Part shown: in pieces, positions 19,496 through 27,815 of the stretch
Numbering within the stretch: position 1 is the stretch's first letter
Layout of the letters: each line of letters begins with the position of its first letter
From: Nannocystales bacterium
GTDB lineage: Bacteria; Myxococcota_A; Polyangia; Nannocystales; Nannocystaceae
Direction: 5' to 3'
Length of the DNA: 64,000 nucleotides
Assembly: GCA_050633305.1 (NCBI GenBank)
Contig: JBOEGF010000010.1
Coordinates: 480,001 to 544,000 of the forward strand
Program-made: the position numbers and the translations under genes
Notes under the pieces: generated by a model
What the model was told of the DNA's origin: nothing
Databases searched by the model: none
Seen by the model: the letters and a program-made list of their open reading frames with translations, nothing else

Positions 19496-20300
19496 TGGTT
19501 TGCTGGCGCTCGTCGTACTCGTCGCGGGGGCCTGCGATGCCGGGGACGGCGAGGACGAAACCGGAGCTGGCGCCACGGAAGGCTCCGCGGACGTCCACCC
19601 GGCGTACGCGGAGTTCGATGCCGACCGCTTCACGATCAGCCTCGACGGGGACGAGGTCGTGCTCGAGTCGACGGGCTTGCCCAACCACGTTTCGCCGTAC
19701 TGGTCGAACACGACCGCTCGGTCGGCTTCGGATGCGATGGGACCAGACACGCCTGCCGCTGACATCGATCACCCACTGTTCGTGGCACCCACCGCGACCG
19801 ACTTTGCGTCCATGGCACCGGGAAATATCGACGACTTCGTCGGGTCCTACGAGTTGCGGGTCCCCGTGTCTCCGTCGTTGGCGAGCAGCTCTTCTGCCAC
19901 CGGCTTGGGCCCCATCGGCATGGCGGTCAGTGGGGCGATGATCTACAACGACGAGGAGGGCCCCAACGTTCCGCTGGATGATGCTGTGCCCTCTTTGGAC
20001 TTCACGGCCGCGCACACGGGCCCGCAGAGCTACCACTACCACCTGGAACCGAAAGCGTGGTCGGACGACGACGACGCGCTCATCGGCGTGATGGCCGACG
20101 GGTTCTTCCTGTACGGGCGTCGGTGCAACTCGACCGGGGAGTACCCCGTAGACCTGGATGCATCCGGTGGCCACGCGAGCACAACGCAGCACGTCCTCGT
20201 GGCCGAGTATCACTATCACATCCAAAACGACGCCTACTTGAACGAGTTCTACCTGCTCTTTCCCGGCGACTACCAAGGGACCGCTTCGGCGATTCAATAG
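19470..20300 (+). CDS. YHYH-domain lipoprotein (copy 2)
   Basis: ATG 19470 (MKKSKS...AGAC lipobox); core nearly identical to copy 1. Confidence 0.85.
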   Translation: MKKSKSRSSGLLALVVLVAGACDAGDGEDETGAGATEGSADVHPAYAEFDADRFTISLDGDEVVLESTGLPNHVSPYWSNTTARSASDAMGPDTPAADIDHPLFVAPTATDFASMAPGNIDDFVGSYELRVPVSPSLASSSSATGLGPIGMAVSGAMIYNDEEGPNVPLDDAVPSLDFTAAHTGPQSYHYHLEPKAWSDDDDALIGVMADGFFLYGRRCNSTGEYPVDLDASGGHASTTQHVLVAEYHYHIQNDAYLNEFYLLFPGDYQGTASAIQ

Positions 20301-20312
20301 ACGAGTCTGGCG

Positions 20313-21086
20313 ATGGAAAACTCGAATCCACATCGACCTTTGCGTGCACCGGGCCGGAGCCTGATGCTCGTTTGTCCGTTGGCCTCGGTACTTCTGGGTG
20401 GGGCATGCAGTGCGGACGAGCGAGCATCGCAGGATCCCGCGTCGGCTCCTGCGGCCGGGGCGATGTCCGCGGTCGTCCCCCGGCCGGAGTTTGTCGAGCG
20501 CGCGCGCGACGAGGGACCGCTTCCCTTCTATGCCGATGCGGCCTTCACCCCGCACTGGCTCTCACCGGGCGGGGCCGAACTCGACGAGTTTCATACCGTC
20601 GCTCCATTCGAGCTCACGAACCAGGACGGGGACCTCGTCACGCAGGAAACGTTCGACAAGAAGATCTACGTCACCGATTTCTTCTTTTCGACGTGCCCGG
20701 GTATCTGCAAGGCGATGACGAGAAACATGGCGGACTTGCAGGAGACGTTTGCCGACGACCCGGACGTGCTGTTCCTGTCGCACTCGGTCACCCCCGACGT
20801 GGATGACGTCGAGCAACTCGCCGGGTACGCCCAGGCCAATGGCGTGCAGTCGGGAAAGTGGCACCTCGTCACGGGCGATCGGGAGCTGATCTATCGTCTC
20901 GGTCGGCGCAGCTACTTCGTGGATGAGAACCAGGGCGAAGAGGTGGGGCCGGACCAGTTCCTGCACACCGAGAACTTCGTCTTGGTCGACAGGCACCGTC
21001 ACATTCGCGGGATCTACAACGGTCTCAACAAAGCGTCGCTGGCGCAGCTCGTCGCCGACGTGAAGCGGCTGAAGCAAGAGGGGTAA
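20313..21086 (+). CDS. SCO1/SenC-family copper chaperone lipoprotein
   Basis: FELTNQDG, FFFSTCPGIC (CxxxC), HSVTPDVD, FLHTENFVLVD, IRGIYNG. Confidence 0.92.
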   Translation: MENSNPHRPLRAPGRSLMLVCPLASVLLGGACSADERASQDPASAPAAGAMSAVVPRPEFVERARDEGPLPFYADAAFTPHWLSPGGAELDEFHTVAPFELTNQDGDLVTQETFDKKIYVTDFFFSTCPGICKAMTRNMADLQETFADDPDVLFLSHSVTPDVDDVEQLAGYAQANGVQSGKWHLVTGDRELIYRLGRRSYFVDENQGEEVGPDQFLHTENFVLVDRHRHIRGIYNGLNKASLAQLVADVKRLKQEG

Positions 21087-21331
21087 ACGGCCCGGCGCCG
21101 CTTCGTGGCGCCCTCGGCAACCACGCGGGAAGACCGGGTTTGACGGCCGACGTCGGCTCGCTCGATGGGCCATCGCGGCCCCCGTCACCGGTGGTTCCGA
21201 AGTGCCCTGTGTTGGTCAGGGACCCCGGCGTGCGTGCGGTCGACGCGTTGCGTCGGCGACGAGCCGTACGACGCGGCCCTCGCCCGCGGTGAACCGGCCT
21301 TGGCCAGCGGGCCGAACGAACCAACGACCGA

Positions 21332-21760
21332 CTACGGTCGGACCGGACTGGGGCCCACTGGCGCGTCGGTGGTCCCCACCGGAATCAGAACCTCGCGCTC
21401 GATACTGGCCGGCGCGGCGTCGAGCTCGGACATCATGTACAGCGCTGCCACCGCAAGGATGACGACGACGCTGAGGAGCTGAAGCGGGACCGCGATCAGG
21501 CTCAGCCACGACGTCGTCTGTGGCTGCATGATCTGCCGTCGACGCAGGCGGCGGTTGAGCTTCTCGTAGAAGTCCTCGGGCGCCTGCACCTCGCCCAGGC
21601 CTCCCACGAGGGAGATGACCTTCTGGAGGTCTGCGAGCTCCTCCGCCACCTCGGGCGAACTCTCGAGCAGGTCCTCGAACGCCTTGGCGTCGTCGGGCTC
21701 GAGTTCGTCGTCGAGGTAGGCACTGACCATGTCGGTGCCTGTGTTGGTAGAAGTGCTCAC
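21332..21760 (-). CDS. Anti-sigma factor (transmembrane)
   Basis: SAYLDDEL N-terminal motif, one TM helix; directly downstream of the ECF sigma gene. Confidence 0.8.
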   Translation of the reverse strand: MSTSTNTGTDMVSAYLDDELEPDDAKAFEDLLESSPEVAEELADLQKVISLVGGLGEVQAPEDFYEKLNRRLRRRQIMQPQTTSWLSLIAVPLQLLSVVVILAVAALYMMSELDAAPASIEREVLIPVGTTDAPVGPSPVRP

Positions 21761-21807
21761 GGTGTGGGACGGCTCGCTGTGGAGTGATCGTAGTGCCGGA
21801 AGGGCCG

Positions 21808-22488
21808 TCAGGCCAGGTGGGGTTTGAGTCGGTCCCGCAAAGCGACGCGGGCGCGGTGTAGGCGCGACTTGAGCGTGCCTTCTTGAAGACCGGTGATTCG
21901 CAGGATCTCTTGGTAGCTGAGCCCCTGAACGTCCCGTAGGACGATCAACAGACGGTGCTCAGGGTCGAGCGCTGCAAGTTCTCGCTGGACGGCCGCCTCG
22001 ATGCGATTGCCCTGGGCCATGGCTTCGGGGCCATGGACGCGACTCTGCAGCGGGTTCCCCGGCCCAGCCTCTCCGGCGGGCACGTTGGCTTCGGGCGTGT
22101 CTTCGACCGGGACGCTGCGGTGAAAGTGTCGACCGCGCAGGTACTTGATCCGGTTCTTACAGGTGTTGGACGCGATTCGGTACAGCCAGGTGTAGAAGCG
22201 CCCTTCACCACGGTACGAGCCGATCGCCCGGTGGAGCGTGATGAAGACCTCTTGTGCCAGGTCCTCGGCCTCTTGCCGGTTTCCGATCATCCGGAGGGAC
22301 AGCGCGAAGATGCGGTCCTTGTAGAGCCGGACGAGCTCCTCGAACGCTCGGTTGTCCCCCGCCTTGAGCCGTTCGACGAGCAGTCGGTCCCGAGTGTCCG
22401 CGGCGGCGCGATCTGTCGCGGGCGCCTTGGATGCGGCCTCCTTGGACGCTCCGGGCCCGGTGGGCTCGGACTTCGCGGCGCCTTGCAC
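21808..22488 (-). CDS. ECF RNA polymerase sigma factor (RpoE-like)
   Basis: AEDLAQEVF, FYTWLYRIASN, GLSYQEI, GTLKSRLHRAR; start either TTG 22515 or GTG 22488. Confidence 0.93.
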   Translation of the reverse strand: MQGAAKSEPTGPGASKEAASKAPATDRAAADTRDRLLVERLKAGDNRAFEELVRLYKDRIFALSLRMIGNRQEAEDLAQEVFITLHRAIGSYRGEGRFYTWLYRIASNTCKNRIKYLRGRHFHRSVPVEDTPEANVPAGEAGPGNPLQSRVHGPEAMAQGNRIEAAVQRELAALDPEHRLLIVLRDVQGLSYQEILRITGLQEGTLKSRLHRARVALRDRLKPHLA

Positions 22489-22495
22489 GTCAGAA

Positions 22496-22522
22496 TCGAC
22501 TTCCGAGGCCGTCAAAAGTTCC
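22496..22522 (-). promoter_or_regulatory. Putative sigmaE-type autoregulatory promoter
   Basis: Minus strand GGAACTT-N15-GTCGA just upstream of GTG 22488. Confidence 0.5.
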
Positions 22523-22567
22523 CCTCTCGCTCAGATTTTCATACGTCGGCGTTTTTGGCTACAGGAG

Positions 22568-23674
22568 TCATTCCACGATGATCGTGGTGACCCGGTTCCG
22601 GCCGCCCCGTGTCGACTCGACGCGAAACTTCTTGGTGCTCTTGAGGCGTCCGTACAGCCCGAGCATGGCGAGCTGGTTGTTGGTCCGGCTGCCGTTGACC
22701 TTGGTGATCACCTCGCCGACGGCAAAGCCAGCCTTCCTCGAGGCTGGTCCCACGAAGCTGATCTTGTAGCCGCTGCCGATGCTCTTGCCCCGCATCTGCT
22801 GCTTGGCCTTGGAGGAGCTTCCGACGAGACTGTCGAAGTACCACTTGGGGACGCGGCACGTGCTCCCGGTGCAGCGGACGGGAACGGCGGCGGGCTTCGA
22901 ACCGCCCGAGGGCTTGCTTGGGGTCAGCTTCCCCGCCTTGCTCGAACCTCCTGAGGACGAACTTCCTGAAGACGAACCTCCCGCGGGCCGTTTGCTGGGC
23001 GGTGGTTCGAAGGAGCGCTCGCCCTCGACTTCGAGGTAGCGCGTCCACGCCAGGCCAGGTTCGATGCGGTAGTGCAGGGTCTTCGCGGTCCCGTTTCGTT
23101 GGATTTCCACGGAGAGCGTGCCCTCCCGAGGGATGCGTTTGCGAAGCTCGAGCAACCTCTTGGGTCCCGGTGGTTTCGCGCCCTGGACTTCGAGGACGAG
23201 GTCGCCCGGCTGCAGACCGAGTCGGCGCCACAGGGAGGGCTTGGGCAACTCGCCGACTCGGAACGCTGCGGGTACGCCATCGCGCCGCTGTTTCTGTGTC
23301 GTTCGAGCGAACGGGATCTCCTCTTCGCGCCCGAGGGTGTCGGCGACGAGGGTCAAGACAAAGGGGTCGATGCGGTACGTCCCCGCCTCACCTGGAACTT
23401 CGATGATGGCTCGAGCCAGCGCCGCGTCGAGCTCGGCTTCGGGAGGCGGCGGCTCGGTCTCTGGCTTGGCCTTCCGCTTGGCCTTCCGCTTGCGTCGCTT
23501 CTTGCGCCCGGGATCGTCCGTCTCGGCGTCGACCTCGGAGCCGACGTCCCGAAGTTGCTGGGTGCTGGTGTCTGAGGTGTCTTCGTCGTCGAGCCCGAGC
23601 TGCGACGAGATCGCCTGGCAGCCACACAGGCCGAGCAGGAGGATGCATGCCGCCCGACCCACCGCTCGAACCAT
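22568..23674 (-). CDS. Lipoprotein with two GspC-like PDZ domains
   Basis: MVRAVG...LCGC lipobox; LGLQPGDLVLEVQG and GFAVGEVITKVNG PDZ signatures. Confidence 0.7.
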   Translation of the reverse strand: MVRAVGRAACILLLGLCGCQAISSQLGLDDEDTSDTSTQQLRDVGSEVDAETDDPGRKKRRKRKAKRKAKPETEPPPPEAELDAALARAIIEVPGEAGTYRIDPFVLTLVADTLGREEEIPFARTTQKQRRDGVPAAFRVGELPKPSLWRRLGLQPGDLVLEVQGAKPPGPKRLLELRKRIPREGTLSVEIQRNGTAKTLHYRIEPGLAWTRYLEVEGERSFEPPPSKRPAGGSSSGSSSSGGSSKAGKLTPSKPSGGSKPAAVPVRCTGSTCRVPKWYFDSLVGSSSKAKQQMRGKSIGSGYKISFVGPASRKAGFAVGEVITKVNGSRTNNQLAMLGLYGRLKSTKKFRVESTRGGRNRVTTIIVE

Positions 23675-23696
23675 CGACGGCAGTGTATCGCGACTC

Positions 23697-24836
23697 CTAC
23701 AAGTCCGGGTGCAACCGCAGTCCGAGGTTGAGCCCGAGGATGGTCTCGGGCATTGGCCCTGAGACCTGTTGCTGGAAGCCGAAGCCGATGTCGACACCCA
23801 TGCCTCCAGGGCGAGCATCCTTGGCGTAGGCGATGCCGCCTGCCACGTAGATGCGATCGTCGTCGGTACCCTTGCCGCGGTTGTCCCAGATGGTGCCAAA
23901 GCGAATCGGCACGGGGCCGGCGATGAACTCTGCGCTGCCGCCGTAGGTGAGGCGGGTGTGGTCTTCGAACCGGAACGACGTGAAGTCGTAAGTTCCGTCG
24001 AAGTTGATGCTGAGCTTGGGGTTGCGCAGCGGGAAGACGGATAGCCCGTGCACCAGGGTGAGCGGATAGTCGGACAGCTCGGAGAGGTGCCCTCGCTCGA
24101 TTGTGCCCTCGGTGACGGCGAGGCCTTCCAAGGAGATCTCCCGGTCATCCGTGAAATAGGGGTCGTGGTTGCCGACGACGTTCAGGCCGAGGACGGAGAT
24201 CGCAGCGAAGCCTGCGATGTTGAGGGAGAGAGCGGTGTCGAGCCCGAACGCGTTGAGTTTCTCGTGTGCGTTGCGAGCGAGTCCCTCGGTGTCTCGGTAC
24301 CGGAGGCTGGCGTACTGGTACTTCGGCTTGAGGCCCAAGGCGACCCAGTTGGGGACCGCGACAATGCTGAGGGCACCGAAGGCTTCGTGGCCAAAGCGCG
24401 ACAGCTCCAGCCGGGTGTCTTCACCCGTGGCGGAGTCGAGGTAGTTGATCTCTGGGGCGCCGCGCATGAACAGGTAGCCCAGGCCCAGCCCGATTCGCGA
24501 GTTGTTCAGCGAATCCATGACCACGAACCCAAGGCCGTTGGTCCGCTGCTGGATGTTGAGCTGATACATCGCCTCCACGGTGAAGACCGGGGAGAAGGAC
24601 ATCATCGCGGGGTTCGCTAGGGCTGCATTGGAGCCGAAGCTCGAGCTGTGCGACACCCCGCCCAGCGACACGTTGCGCGTGCCATCGACGGCCGGACTGG
24701 CCTGTGCGTTGCTGGACAACAACCCCACGGTCATCGCCGCAGCGAGCCCGAAACCTGTTCGCACCGCGGTGCTCGCGCGTTTTCGCAACTTGAACATCCG
24801 TTTTCGGAGCATACGGCCCCGCAGATCGGGCGCCAA
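23697..24836 (-). CDS. Probable outer-membrane beta-barrel protein
   Basis: Signal peptide (AQA), ALANPAMM, amphipathic beta strands to the C-terminus; start uncertain. Confidence 0.6.
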   Translation of the reverse strand: MAPDLRGRMLRKRMFKLRKRASTAVRTGFGLAAAMTVGLLSSNAQASPAVDGTRNVSLGGVSHSSSFGSNAALANPAMMSFSPVFTVEAMYQLNIQQRTNGLGFVVMDSLNNSRIGLGLGYLFMRGAPEINYLDSATGEDTRLELSRFGHEAFGALSIVAVPNWVALGLKPKYQYASLRYRDTEGLARNAHEKLNAFGLDTALSLNIAGFAAISVLGLNVVGNHDPYFTDDREISLEGLAVTEGTIERGHLSELSDYPLTLVHGLSVFPLRNPKLSINFDGTYDFTSFRFEDHTRLTYGGSAEFIAGPVPIRFGTIWDNRGKGTDDDRIYVAGGIAYAKDARPGGMGVDIGFGFQQQVSGPMPETILGLNLGLRLHPDL

Positions 24837-24868
24837 AAAAGTCAGCAGGTCGCGTAGAGTCTTTCCCA

Positions 24869-26119
24869 GTGGCAGCAGGCGAGGCGTACGACGTCGTTGT
24901 GGTTCGTGATCCCACGATGACAGTGGGCGCGATCAGAACGCTTTCACGAGATCTGGCTCACCTCACTGGGGTGAAACAAGCGGACGTGGAGCTGGCCATG
25001 CAGAAGGGCCGCTTCGTTGTGTATCCCGCGCTCGCTGGTGAGCGGGTCGAGGCCGCGACCGAGCAGCTTCGCGGGATGGGAGCCGTCGTGCAGGTGAAGG
25101 CCTCGGCGAACGCACACGCCACGGCGAACATCCAACCGCGGGCGGGTGCGGCGCCCGGGGCCGATGACTTCGGCGGTCCGGTCGCGCGCTTCTCGGATGT
25201 GGATCTCGGACTCGACTCCGGAGCGTTCAACACGGGCGCAGGCGCGAAGGTTCCCGAGTTGGCTCCGCCGCCATTGTTCGGCCAGGCCGGCGCAGGACAG
25301 GCTGCCGGCGGTCGGTTCTCACCGGTGGGTGGCGCTGAGGAGGCCCGGACGAGTCGGTATGAGCCCGTGCCGCAGGACCTCTCCGCGTTGGCCACCGAAC
25401 TCGAGACCGTGGGCGGACCGCCGAGTGGTGACGACATGTTGGCGCTCGCGACGGGACTCGACGCCGCCGCCCTCGACTCACCCTCGGTTCAGACGATCGA
25501 CGGCATGGACGGCGACGCGTTCGATGCCGCGGAGAAGGAGGCTGCTCGTGCCGCAGCGCCCGACCCCACGCCTGCCGCGGCCCCTCCCGAGGAGGAAGCG
25601 GAGCTGACCCTCGACGTCGATCCTCCGGCGGGATTGTCACCGGTGGGCCCCGCCGATGGTGCCGTGATCCGTCCTCAGCATCCGCCAGAAGAGGGGCTGA
25701 GCCTCGATCGCCCGGCGCAGTCCTCGGCCAGCATGTCCTCGCCGAGCTACGCCGCTCCGAGGGCCCCAATGTCCTCGCCGGGAATGCCGGTGGCCAACGT
25801 GGACCGACCCGAACGTGGGCTCTTGCTCGAAGACCCGGTCGCGAACACGCTGGGCCTGATCGCAGCTGCGTGCCTGGTCTGTGTCGTCGTGGCATTCGGG
25901 ATGACACGAGCGACGAAGCGCGAGCCCGTCGAAGGGCTCGAGACCGAGATCTCGGAGAGCTACCGCAGCCCCAGTGACGTGGAAGCGGGCAAGCAGCGCG
26001 CGCCTGCCACGATTCAAGAGGAACTCGACGACCTCTATGGCTCCGCCCGATTTCAGTTTCTGGCCGTGTTGATCCTGGGGATCCCCATCGGCCTGGGGCT
26101 CGGCCGAATTCGGCGCTAG
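24869..26119 (+). CDS. Hypothetical membrane protein (folded N-domain, long Pro/Ala/acidic linker, two C-terminal TMs)
   Basis: 416-aa ORF with typical codon usage and hydrophobic segments near the C-terminus. Confidence 0.65.
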   Translation: MAAGEAYDVVVVRDPTMTVGAIRTLSRDLAHLTGVKQADVELAMQKGRFVVYPALAGERVEAATEQLRGMGAVVQVKASANAHATANIQPRAGAAPGADDFGGPVARFSDVDLGLDSGAFNTGAGAKVPELAPPPLFGQAGAGQAAGGRFSPVGGAEEARTSRYEPVPQDLSALATELETVGGPPSGDDMLALATGLDAAALDSPSVQTIDGMDGDAFDAAEKEAARAAAPDPTPAAAPPEEEAELTLDVDPPAGLSPVGPADGAVIRPQHPPEEGLSLDRPAQSSASMSSPSYAAPRAPMSSPGMPVANVDRPERGLLLEDPVANTLGLIAAACLVCVVVAFGMTRATKREPVEGLETEISESYRSPSDVEAGKQRAPATIQEELDDLYGSARFQFLAVLILGIPIGLGLGRIRR

Positions 26120-26637
26120 GCCACTGCTGCGAGCGTTGCGGGCTCGGGGACTTCGATGTTCTCCGTCTTGGGCGACGTCTTGGCGCCCCGCATCATTCGC
26201 GCAGCGGCGACAAGAAGGGCGAGCTGCATCAGCGTCATCACGCCGACCAACACGTTGTCTTGCCACTGCATGCGGTCGCCCGTGAGCACGTGCTCGATCG
26301 GCCGTGAAGCGACGAGGTCCGCCATGCTCCATGCCCCGTACATCGCAGGGAGGATCACAAAGCGCTGAAGGCCCGAGAGGCCGACGAGGACCAATGCCAC
26401 GCTGGTGGCCCAACGCGCCTCGAGCCATCGGCCTGCCGACGCCGCGATGAGGAGGTGAGCTGCGAGCACGACCTCTGCCAGCCGAAGGTGGAGGGGCTCG
26501 CTCAGGGAGGCGATCAAGTTGGCGTCGATGAGGTTCGACTGTGCCGCCAGCTCGGGCAGCACAACGACGCGCCCCACGAGCTGAGCGCCCATGGCAGCTG
26601 CGCACGCGAGCAGACCGAGTACGGAGAGCGGCTTCAT
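26116..26637 (-). CDS. Hypothetical multi-pass membrane protein (DUF4149-like)
   Basis: Four hydrophobic helices; FVILPAM motif; ATG at 26637. Confidence 0.55.
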   Translation of the reverse strand: MKPLSVLGLLACAAAMGAQLVGRVVVLPELAAQSNLIDANLIASLSEPLHLRLAEVVLAAHLLIAASAGRWLEARWATSVALVLVGLSGLQRFVILPAMYGAWSMADLVASRPIEHVLTGDRMQWQDNVLVGVMTLMQLALLVAAARMMRGAKTSPKTENIEVPEPATLAAVA

Positions 26638-26750
26638 GACACTAGGGGTGGCACGAAGCGAGAGGCGGACCAAGTTCTCGGCAAATCGCTGTCGTGGAGG
26701 CGGACGGGAGACGGGTCACGGCCATGTATTCTCTCTTGCTGTGTGTGTGA

Positions 26751-27765
26751 TGGGTCTTCGGGGCGCTCGTCGACAACTCTGGAAGCATGTCGGAGGAGGC
26801 GGCGGGCCTGGAGGCAAACATCAACACCAGCTTCACTCAGGAACTCGCATCGGCGAGCGTCGACTACCGCGTCTTGTTGGTGACCAACCATGGGAGCGCC
26901 TCGACCTCCGTTTGCATCGCGCCCCCGCTTTCGGGCACCGCCAACTGCGCCGGCCCTCCCGTCTCCATTCCCGGTCAGCTCGCCCACTACGATGTTGACG
27001 TTCAGAGTGACGACGGCCCGTGCGTTCTCCTCGATGGGTTGTTCGCGGGAGAAGCCGACGATTGGGCGCTCTTCCCAGGGGGGCTGGAACGCGAGCCTCC
27101 GGCCTGAAGCACCCGAGATCTTCGTCGTGCTGACTGATGATGGGACGCAGTGCACCTGGAACGGGACTTCGCTTGCGGATGGCAACACGGATGCGGAGGG
27201 GCAGAGCGACGCTCTTGCGTGGGAGCAAGAACTCCTTGCCTCGTCACCGCTCCAGTTCGGAACCGCGGGCGAACGCAACTACGTCGTGCACGGGATCCTC
27301 GGGGTGGAGGCCGCCGATGGTGATGCCCCTGCGGCGCCGTACCTCCCGGGCTACGCCGTCGCGCTCGAGGAGCGCACTCCCGGTGCTGTCGACCCAGGCA
27401 CCGCCTCTCAGTGGTTGGCGAAGAACACCGGGGGCCGGCGCTTCCCGCTGTGCGGCCCGAGCAACTACGACGAAGTCTTCGAGCAAATGGTGGAGGACAC
27501 GGTCGATCAGGTGGTCGTTGACTGCCAGTACCACTTGCCGACGCTCGAAGGCGAGGCGATCGACGATGGCTACGTTCGCCTGACCTACACCCCGCCTGCC
27601 GCAGAGGCCGCGACCTATCTGCCCGTCGCATCCGCGGACGACTGCGGTGTGTTGACGGAGGCGTTCTACATCGACGGCGAGACGGTCCATCTGTGCCCCG
27701 AGACGTGCAGCGCGGCTGTGGCAGAACCTGACGCTGTCTTGGAGCTGCAGGCGCTCTGCGAGTAG
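26751..27765 (+). pseudogene. Frameshifted, 5'-truncated myxobacterial VWA-like protein
   Basis: VDNSGSM MIDAS motif at 26769 follows an in-frame TGA (26748). The frame switches in a G6 run at 27078-27083 (FPGG | WNASLRPEA..VVLTDD). C-terminal LCPETC domain. Confidence 0.7.
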
Positions 27766-27815
27766 GGGCGCTCGGGCCGGCCGGTGTGGCTGGTTTCGGC
27801 TGCTACGATTACGAA

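Noticed and set aside
21087..21331. 245-bp GC-rich gap between convergent genes as an ncRNA or small gene
   Set aside because: No promoter, terminator or convincing ORF that I can support.
26739..26749. (TG)n microsatellite before the VWA remnant
   Set aside because: Too short to argue for phase variation.
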